Assembly (NCBI GenBank): GCA_964016885.1
Contig: OZ024744.1
Coordinates: 72,354,001 to 72,418,000, forward strand
Source of the DNA: Eledone cirrhosa
Taxonomy: Eukaryota
Direction of reading: 5' to 3'
DNA length: 64,000 bases
Shown: piece after piece, positions 54,853-64,000 of the stretch
Numbering within the stretch: position 1 is the stretch's first letter
How the letters are laid out: each line of letters opens with the position of its first letter
Made by a program: the position numbers and the translations under genes
The notes under the pieces: model-generated
What the model was told of the DNA's origin: nothing
The model's input: only the letters and a program-made list of their open reading frames with translations
Databases searched by the model: none

Positions 54853-54890
54853 GTCTTATCGTTTCGGGCGTTAGTCGTTCATCAGAAGAT
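54853..54890 (-). ncRNA. Hammerhead-like core, degenerate
   Basis: tctt-CTGATGA-acgactaacgccc-GAAA-cgat-aaga. Confidence 0.45.
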
Positions 54891-55029
54891 ACAACGAAAG
54901 ATAAAAGAAATAGAAAGATAGACGATAGAAATAAAAAGCAGAAATGAAAATAAAAACCTTTTACTAGAGGAAAGTGCGTGTGTACCTAGTCAGCCATGTT
55001 TACATTACCAATAATAGATTCTACTTGTA

Positions 55030-56460
55030 ATTTCCTAATTAACCATGCATTTTTTGTTCTGTGAAATTCAGCTTCTCAAGATTTGTGTTGAGATAGTTAG
55101 TAATATATCCAAGTGTCCCAATAATCTCTGGTAGAAATCTAAAGCTATAGTCAGGATAGTGAATTTGCAGTTTCCTCGTTAGTTTAGTATAAATGTTCTC
55201 CTTTTCACTAATATTTCACACTATTATGCATGCCTTCTTTTCTTTGTCCAATATCATCATGGCTGATTGGATATTTCTACATTTTAGTGGGGTTTTAACA
55301 GGAACATTTCACCACTACTCCTTCATATTACGTGCAGGTATGCTCTTCACATCACTAATTTTTATATTTTTAGATTCAAGTTTATCTTTTCTATGGATTG
55401 CATATTACATTATGCATCATGCCTCATAAGTAGACAATATCATGAACAGCTACTTATGATGTGAGTGACATCCACAGTATTTGTCGCATCTTGGTGTTTT
55501 TCTTGCTTCCCTATTTCCTTTCTACACCAGGCATTTCATTGCTGCTTTCTGTTCCTAGATTAGAAAACCTTATCCTTTAATGTGAAACCCAATATACCGG
55601 TGGTTGTTCCAAAATAGGCTAAATTGGTTGCCTATACCGGGTATGTCAAACATGCGGCCTTTTACAAACACATCTGGGGTCTGCACAAAGGTTTTTACAG
55701 CATGTTTGATATTTGTAATATAAAAGTTAAAAAATGAGTTGTAGTGTGCGCAATTAGTTGTCGTATGTGGCCCTCAGACAACACACAACACATATGTGAC
55801 CCATGTAGCCCTCGGTGGGGGGGGGGTCAGTTTGACATACCTGGTCTATACTACACTTCCTTTGAAACTTTCTGACAACATAGCCATACATGTTGTTAAG
55901 TATACTGCTTAACAGCATGTATGACTGTTGTTAGGTATACAGCTTTTCATCCACTGATTTGTTACGGTAACGTAGTACAATTTTGCCAAGTGTGTGTTTT
56001 TGGTCACCATTCAAGCAATATTTCACAAGAATCTCCTCAACTCTCATGTGGACAGACTTGTTCTATGGAAGGGTTTCTACACATGGTAGAAAGTATCGAA
56101 GGAATATGATAAGATATTCAAAAGCTGTTTGACTGGATGTCAAGTCTCCCTGTTTACGTTTTAGGTAGAGGTGGTGGTCTATGTCATTGTCAATATCGAA
56201 ATTTCCAGTACCAGTTGAAATTTTTCGGGTTTTAACTTCAATGGTTCAGATTTCATCTGGTGTCCAGTCAAGTAGTCCAAATGTTGGTATAAATACAGGT
56301 ATAGCAAACACAATGTCGAACATTGATTTATTGTACGCAGAATTCCCAAAGACCATAGTTTCCTTATCCGAATGTTATATTCACTGGTTTCTCGTTCTTT
56401 GTTACAAATTCCACCATAGGATATATTTTCAACAAGCCCTTTGAAATATATGTCCTGCAA
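55030..56460 (-). pseudogene. Degraded R4/Dong-like (restriction-like endonuclease type) non-LTR retrotransposon
   Basis: Manual translation across stops and frameshifts: SAYNK..FAIPVFIPTFGLLDWT, VKTRK, DVTHIISSC..MRHD, KENIY..L.RKLQIHYPDYSFRFLPEIIGTLG. Confidence 0.7.
55638..55843. mobile_element. hAT-type MITE inserted in the R4-like relic
   Basis: TIR cgggtatgtcaaac / gtttgacatacctg; TSD gcctatac / gtctatac. Confidence 0.8.
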
Positions 56461-56597
56461 TACTGTATTTTATTAGTGACAATACAGTTCTTCTCTGTTT
56501 TTAATTTCAGGTTAGAATCCAAAAAGAAGATAAATTATCTACGGCTCTGATTATGGTATCTACACGTTAGCAAGTCGAACGTCATCTAGCGTCCAAG

Positions 56598-57474
56598 AGT
56601 CATCACCATCATCAGGTCGAGCTTGCTCGGCTTTCTACGACACGTTTCCTCCATCCATCTCTGTCTCTCATAGCGTTTACCAGTTCTTCCGCAGTGCATC
56701 CAGTATCGTCCTCAAGTTGCTTGACGTATGTCTTCTTGGGACGACCAGCGTTTCTTGCTCCATGAGATGGACTCCATAACAACACATCACCTGCTATTTC
56801 TTCCTTGCTGCGCCAACAGTGGCCAGCAAATCTGAGTCTCTGTCCACTTATTGATCTGCTGATAGGTGGTATATTGCCATAGAGATCCTTATGTGTTGGG
56901 TGTTCCCTCCAAGACACGTTTAAAGCAGCACGGAGCATACGTGTGTATGCCCCGTCTAGCTTTTTCTCCAGTTTAGACGTTAGCGTCCAAGTGATAGAGC
57001 CATAAACAAGCACAAATTCCACAGCAGCTCTGAAGAAATTCCTTTTCAGTTTGGCCGGCAGGTTTGATTTCCACATCTTTTCCATTGCATTCAATGATCC
57101 CCAACTTTTTCAAGTCTGATGCTAACATCATGTTCTGTGGAGGCGATATAGCTACCCAGGTATTTGAAGTCGTCAACTTGCTTGATTATATCGCCGTTTA
57201 GACTTCGCATACCAACTGAGGAGTCTTGGTTCAGGCAAATATATTCTGTTTTTCCTGCGTTGACATAGAGTCCGATTTCCTTTGCAACTGATTCGATGCT
57301 GTGAAGTAGTGATGTTGCATCCTTAAGGTAGTCAGCGAGGACCGCTAAATCATCCGCATAGTCAGCATCAGTGATTTTCTGAGCTGCATGGCATCTACAC
57401 TTTCGCTTTGTGAGAGTGAAACCAAGCTCTAAGTTTTCGTCCAGGGCTTTTCTCGATACATAGTCGTAGTCCAA
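56598..57474 (-). pseudogene. RTE-clade LINE RT/C-terminal fragment, frameshifted, (TGA)n tail
   Basis: DADYADDLA, GLYVNAGKTEY, FKYLGSYI, VLVYGSITWTLT, RLRFAGHCWR, GRPKKTY; frameshift about 57095. Confidence 0.9.
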
Positions 57475-58447
57475 GAGTAGGGAACAGAATCAAATGCTTT
57501 CTTGTAATATAGCCAGACAATAACCAGGTTTCTCTTGTGGGGCTGCAGTTTTGGCATCAGGGAGATCAGTCAGTCATGTCTCTGCCAACGCCAACTAGCT
57601 TGATATATTTATATTTTCATTGAAAGTTTGCTGGTAGATGCTGATAAGATACCTGCGATAAATCAATATCTTGTAGAAGTAACCTACAATTTGGTCTCTT
57701 CCTGGTGCCTTTTTATCCTGACATCCTCCTAGTGATTTTGGTGCATTGCACATTGCAGTATAGTTAAAATCCTTTTCTTCACTCCATATTTTTCTCCAAA
57801 AGGAATCTGTCTTTCTAAGACAGAGCCACTGTATTATCTACTGATTGTTCCTCATATTAAAAAAGAAAAACAACAAAAAACGGGTGATTGCCTTAGACTG
57901 GTTCCCTTTAACTTTTTTAGCTATTTAGAGATTCTTTTTACTCTCTTCAAACATAGCTTTTTATTTTATTTTTCATTCTTTGTTGCTGAGGAATGTAGTT
58001 TTGTTTTTGTTTGTATGTGATAAGCATCGCCATTTGACCGATAGTCATCCTTAAGTCAATGATCTTTTTTTTTTTCATTTTAGAAATCCATGATGTTTTT
58101 TTGTTTGTTGTTTTTTTTTGTTTGTTTTGTTTTGTTTTTTTAATTATTGTTTTGTCTTTGTTTACATCTTTAATATCACGGTCGATTTTAGAGTATGGAG
58201 ATAAGCGTTAATTTTCCAAAATGTAAAGGCATTAATATATCGTAGATAATCAAATACGATTTCGTTAATAGACAATTTCGTTTCCTTATTCGGTTATTTG
58301 TTTATTATCATCAAGTGTCATCTATCTTTCAGCAGCAGATATAAACATACATTAATCTTTTTTTCTTTTTTAACGTTGAACTAAGGATACATTTCAATTG
58401 TTTCTACTCTTCGCTTTCCCAGTTAGTAAGTAGTATACTTATAATCG

Positions 58448-59881
58448 TTGACGGCATTTTGATGTTGATTGTCACTGTGACTTCGTGGTTGACGACATTT
58501 TGATGTTGATTGTCACTGTGACTTCGTGGTTGACGACATTTTGATGTTGATTGTCACTGTGACTTCGTGGTTGACGACATTTTGATGTTGATTGTCACTG
58601 TGACTTCGTGGTTGACGACATTTTGATGTTGATTGTCACTGTGACTTCGTGGTTGACGACATTTTGATGTTGATTGTCACTGTGACTTCGTGGTTGACGA
58701 CATTTTGATGTCGATTGTCACTGTGACTTCGTGGTTGACGACATTTTGATGTTGATTGTCACTGTGACTTCGTGGTTGACGACATTTTGATGTCGATTGT
58801 CACTGTGACTTCGTGGTTGACGGCATTTTGATGTTGATTGTCACCGTGACTTCGTGGTTGACGACATTTTGATGTCGATTGTCACTGTGACTTCGTGGTT
58901 GACGGCATTTTGATGTTGATTGTCACTGTGACTTCGTGGTTGACGACATTTTGATGTCGATTGTCACTGTGACTTCGTGGTTGACGGCATTTTGATGTTG
59001 ATTGTCACTGTGACTTCGTGGTTGACGACATTTTGATGTCGATTGTCACTGTGACTTCGTGGTTGACGGCATTTTGATGTTGATTGTCACTGTGACTTCG
59101 TGGTTGACGGCATTTTGATGTCGATTGTCACTGTGACTTCGTGGTTGACGGCATTTTGATGTTGATTGTCACTGTGACTTCGTGGTTGACGGCATTTTGA
59201 TGTTGATTGTCACTGTGACTTCGTGGTTGACGGCATTTTGATGTTGATTGTCACTGTGACTTCGTGGTTGACGGCATTTTGATGTTGATTGTCACTGTGA
59301 CTTCGTGGTTGACGGCATTTTGATGTCGATTGTCACTGTGACTTCGTGGTTGACGGCATTTTGATGTTGATTGTCACTGTGACTTCGTGGTTGACGGCAT
59401 TTTGATGTTGATTGTCACTGTGACTTCGTGGTTGACGGCATTTTGATGTTGATTGTCACTGTGACTTCGTGGTTGACGGCATTTTGATGTTGATTGTCAC
59501 TGTGACTTCGTGGTTGACGACATTTTGATGTCGATTGTCACTGTGACTACGTGGTTGACGGCATTTTGATGTTGATTGTCACTGTGACTTCGTGGTTGAC
59601 GGTATTTTGATGTCGATTGTCACTGTGACTTCGTGGTTGACGGCATTTTGATGTTGATTGTCACTGTGACTTCGTGGTTGACGGCATTTTGATGTTGATT
59701 GTCACTGTGACTTCGTGGTTGACGGCATTTTGATGTTGATTGTCACTGTGACTTCGTGGTTGACGGCATTTTGATGTTGATTGTCACTGTGACTTCGTGG
59801 TTGACGGCATTTTGATGTTGATTGTCACTGTGACTTCGTGGTTGACGGCATTTTGATGTTGATTGTCACTGTGACTTCGTG
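58448..59881. repeat. 41-bp minisatellite, about 35 copies
   Basis: Unit gttgacRgcattttgatgtYgattgtcactgtgacttcgtg (gacggc/gacgac variants). Confidence 0.97.
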
Positions 59882-60069
59882 CTAACATATCTGTCGGGGC
59901 AAACTCAGTTGTGAGACGGGAGGTTAAATTTGTTACCAGTAGATCGGTTCTAGGAGAATGTTCGCGTATCTATCTCTTATATATATTTTATCGTCTGGTG
60001 GTAGAAGAGATAATGGGAATGTAGAAAGGATAGTCACTGCCTCCCTCTCTTTCGCTCTCCACATCTCTC

Positions 60070-60280
60070 ACTATTATAAGCAAATTGGGGCCAATGCACT
60101 GGCCGCCTCGCAGCTCGGGTGGACAGAATAAAGAAGGCGTTACTCCGAAGGATGGTGAGGGCGACACGTTGGAAAAGCCTTTCCAGCTCGCGAGGCTCAT
60201 AACTGCGGGTAACCAACTCCGTGCCAATTGTGGCGAATAGGGTCTTAGAGCCAATGACACCTGAAGTCTCCATTGTTGTT
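60070..60280 (-). pseudogene. CRE-like (REL-type) LINE C-terminal fragment
   Basis: METSGVIG...EPRELERLFQRVALTILRSNAFFIL, homologous to the 24.8 kb fragment. Confidence 0.65.
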
Positions 60281-60338
60281 TGATGTTGATGATCAGTCTG
60301 ACTGTAAGGTATCATAATAGCAGGGTGACAGCTGACCA

Positions 60339-60524
60339 GCCAACCTCTAAAAGCCCAAACGGGGAGTATCATGAAAAAGGTGCCCCAAAACGGGGAGAAA
60401 TGAGGCAAAATGGGGAGATATTACATAATAAAAGCTATACACATTTTCACAAGACATGACATCCCTAATCCACTTCAAAGTAGGTGGAAGATCTCCCTGT
60501 CCGACGGGGAGAGTTAACAGGTCT
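60339..60524 (+). mobile_element. hAT-like MITE
   Basis: Matches 415-495; ends gttaacaggtctg, complementary to cagacctgccaac. Confidence 0.65.
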
Positions 60525-60914
60525 GAGACAGTCTCTTGTGACACGTGCTATCATGTCTGTTCTAGAAGAAAGTTTCTGTAGTGTTGTTATTTGTGCAGCT
60601 TATATATTTTGAGATATACAATCGCAATCATCATTGTTTGAAATAATTGTTTCTACGTTAGGCACAAGGCCAGCAATTACCCAGTGCATTACTGGTACTT
60701 TATTTTATCGACCCCGTAAGGATTTGAAATGCTGTTAATTTTACGTTTGACAAACGTTGCTTGTTGGCTTAATTGTTTTAATGTAAAATAATTAATCTCT
60801 GGGTGACGCCCACACTAGTATAGCTTCATTTTATTCATATAGCTAACAGGGTGGGGCTGGGAGATTTTCCTTCCATTTTATAGCAATCAAGTAGATCATT
60901 ATTGAGTTTATAAG

Positions 60915-61130
60915 AGCGGTGGATTGGTAGTATCGGTAGAGCATCAGACAACATGGTTTACGGTATAGAGTTATGGCCCTTTACGTTCTAGGTTCGAGTC
61001 CCACCGAGGTTAGCTTTGCCTTTCATCCTTACTGGGTTGATAAAATAAAGTATCAGTCACGCCTTGGAGTCAATTTACTCGATTTCTTCCCAAAAGAAAT
61101 TGCTGACCATGTGCCTAAAATCAGAAATCA
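60915..61130 (+). mobile_element. tRNA-derived SINE
   Basis: Same family as 44469. Confidence 0.8.
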
Positions 61131-61531
61131 TTATTGAGTTCATAACTTCGACAGAAATATGATTCGAGATAATATAGATTTTCTTCTGTAAATTCAACTA
61201 AAACGATTACGTTTCCCTTTATCAGTGTTGTCTTTATTCCATATTTTAACTGGTGCTGTTAATGTTGTCATGCCCAACCATCCAGCTATGTTTGCAGCAA
61301 ATCCTCGTATGGCGACTCAAGTTTAAGGTGTATATCTCTACGATATTTTTAATAGACAGTGCCTTGTCTTTGATGTATGTGATCAAAAGAATATCCAGTT
61401 GGTTATTGTGGCTTTACTGTTCGAAATAGTATCTATTTTAAGTTTAATATATGTATGCATGTATGTATGTATATATGTATGTGTGTACGCATGGGTGTAT
61501 GTTTGCATATACAGTGAGAGATAGAGAGAGG

Positions 61532-61667
<136 letters not shown>

Positions 61668-62368
61668 TGAGAGAGAGAGGGGGGGATCAAGGTTAACCTC
61701 GCTCTAAGCTGTTGAACTCAGAAGATAAAGGGACGTAACTGAAATACGATAAGATATTTAGATCGACTGTCTACCGTATCAGCGCCGCAATATTTTATAA
61801 AACATATCTAGCTTCACCTATTCTTTAGTCAAAAATACCCTATTCTCAATATACACTTTCATAGCCTTTTATATCGTGTCCCCTAAAGTTTAAAAGGTTA
61901 CATTTGTATATCGTACATTTGTCACTGTAAGGAAAGAGGTCAGGAAACTTAATCTTTACCCTTTTGGAATTAAACAAAAAAAATAGGACAAGAAAGGCTC
62001 AATATCAGAGATAATATATGTATAATGTGTAAGCGCGGGAGCGTTTGTGTGTGTGAATGTGTGGGTGTGCGTGCGCATATATATGTATGTATTATTTTAC
62101 TGGTTTTAATCATTAGACTGTGACCATGCTGGGGCACCGCCTTAGAGGAATTTGGTCGATTATATCAACCCTAGTACATATTTTCTTCTAGTCTTATATT
62201 TATTTTTTGTAACTATTATTATTTTCTTATTGTCGAACAGCTACGTTATGGGTTATAAACACAAACAAAAACTTAAACCATACACATACATGCATAGACA
62301 TGTACATACATATATATGTATATGTATATATATTAAGTGTGTGTGTATATATATATATATATATAATA

Positions 62369-62555
62369 TGAAAAGAGTCAGGACGCCGATGATTGAGCTC
62401 CGGCCGTTTCGACAGATAGATCCGAACAAACCCACTCTACTACCCTAAGTACCAAGTGCGTTATGGTCCATCTGGTTTCTTACCACACCCTCTTTGTCCA
62501 GAAATAGCCGTCGAAACGACTTGAGCTCTGCCGTCGGAATCCTGAAATTTTTCAT
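62369..62555. mobile_element. Family B rearranged/degenerate copy
   Basis: Contains both arm orientations plus tail sequence. Confidence 0.7.
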
Positions 62556-62655
62556 ATATATATGTGTGTTGTATGTGTGTGTATGTAAAAGGTAAACAGA
62601 AATAACAACACAATCAGTACAGTATATTGGAGGTATATATTAGGTTAATGTTTGA

Positions 62656-62814
<159 letters not shown>

Positions 62815-62900
62815 ATATATACAGGAGGCTCGATGATGATTATATATATATATAATCCTCATCGAGCCCTCTTCGGATTTTAGTCTTCACATTTATTGTT

Positions 62901-62931
<31 letters not shown>

Positions 62932-63188
62932 TGAAAACAAGGTGAGGCTTCACGTTAAGGTCTTTATTGATTATACATATTTACGACCTTTTCATAAATG
63001 GGTAGCTCAGGATCTATATAAATGCTATATACCCGACTCCAGCCAGAACTGCCCATCAGAATTTTTAATCAAGCAAAGCAAAATCTCATAGAGTGATAAT
63101 TTTGTTACGTCTTTGTAAACTACGAATCTACTGAACCAACTATTATATATATATATATATATATAAATGTGTGTGTGTGTGTGTGTGT

Positions 63189-63242
<54 letters not shown>

Positions 63243-63269
63243 GAAAGGTAGAGTTAATAACTCATTATA

Positions 63270-63680
63270 TATATATATGTAGAAGTTATATTTAATTTGT
63301 TGGGATACAACAAGCAAATATTTTTATAACTGATATAAAGCACTCAACAAATTTTTGGAGTAAAAATACAATATATTAACAAATGGAAACTATATTTATA
63401 AAACCATATTTATTTCATTAAACATATTTCAAGGACACCAGAGCAAATTATGGCGCGCTTTCATCAGATAAAATATAATATAGATCAGTTTTATAAACAA
63501 ATATTGACATATCCTTAAAGATCGCATTCTTTAAGGGTATGTCAATATTTGTTTATAAAACTGATCTATATTATATTTTATCTGATGAAAGCGCGCCATA
63601 ATTTGCTCTGGTGTCCTTGAAATATGTTTAATGAAATAAATATGGTTTTATAAATATAGTTTCCATTTGTTAATATATTG
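63270..63680 (-). mobile_element. Family A fold-back element with a hammerhead on each strand
   Basis: Near-perfect ~150-bp arms centred about 63524; cores at 63427-63467 (-) and 63582-63622 (+). Confidence 0.88.
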
Positions 63681-63769
63681 TATATATATATATAAATATA
63701 TCCAGGCCGAAACAAATGAGATCGTGTAGGTGTCACGACAAAAAACACACAGTCCACGCTGTAAAGTGG

Positions 63770-63978
63770 CCGTGTAGGCAACACGGTAAAAACCTCCCAG
63801 CCCCACACTGTAAATGTGGTTGGTGTTGGGAAGGGCATCCAGCTGTAGAAAACCCGCCAGACAGTCCTATGCGAGCAAGACAATCACTCTTGCCTCAAGT
63901 GGGAAAACCCCGTCCAAACCCATGCAAGCGTGGAACACGGACGTTAAACGTTGATGATGATGATGATGATGCTGATGA
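63770..63978 (+). mobile_element. SINE/LINE 3' part with (GAT)n tail (Meta-domain-like)
   Basis: ggttggtgttgggaagggcatccagctgtagaaaa...ggacgttaaacgttgatgatgat. Confidence 0.55.
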
Positions 63979-64000
63979 TATATATATAAAACAAAATAAG

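Noticed and set aside
58448-59881. CRISPR-like array
   Set aside because: Contiguous tandem units without unique spacers; eukaryotic context; no cas genes

Overview
AT-rich animal (eukaryotic) genomic DNA, saturated with (TA)n, (CA)n, (GA)n, (GATA)n and (TACA)n microsatellites. The SINE types and repeat landscape suggest a mollusc, probably an octopus-like cephalopod (inference, not verified). Nearly all ORFs in the supplied track are microsatellite translation artefacts. The one long intact ORF (51908-54136, minus) is a young, 5'-truncated Penelope-like retroelement (PLE) encoding reverse transcriptase plus a GIY-YIG endonuclease. It has identical 266-bp inverted pseudo-LTRs, each with a hammerhead-ribozyme (HHR) core, a 55-bp 3' tail, and sits in (TA)n. 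The main hidden structure is a dense population of short non-coding, (TA)n-embedded fold-back elements in about four families. About 18 hammerhead-like cores (CTGANGA...GAAA) are visible in 64 kb. Many fold-backs turn around at a hairpin just 5' of a GAAA, which looks like ribozyme stem II. Also present: more than 20 tRNA-derived SINEs; fragments of RTE, Tx1/L1, R4/Dong-like and CRE-like LINEs; hAT MITEs, one holding a nested Helitron and a SINE; a 41-bp minisatellite; long inverted duplications; and two NRF1/ETS promoter-like islands. No host protein-coding gene could be firmly identified.
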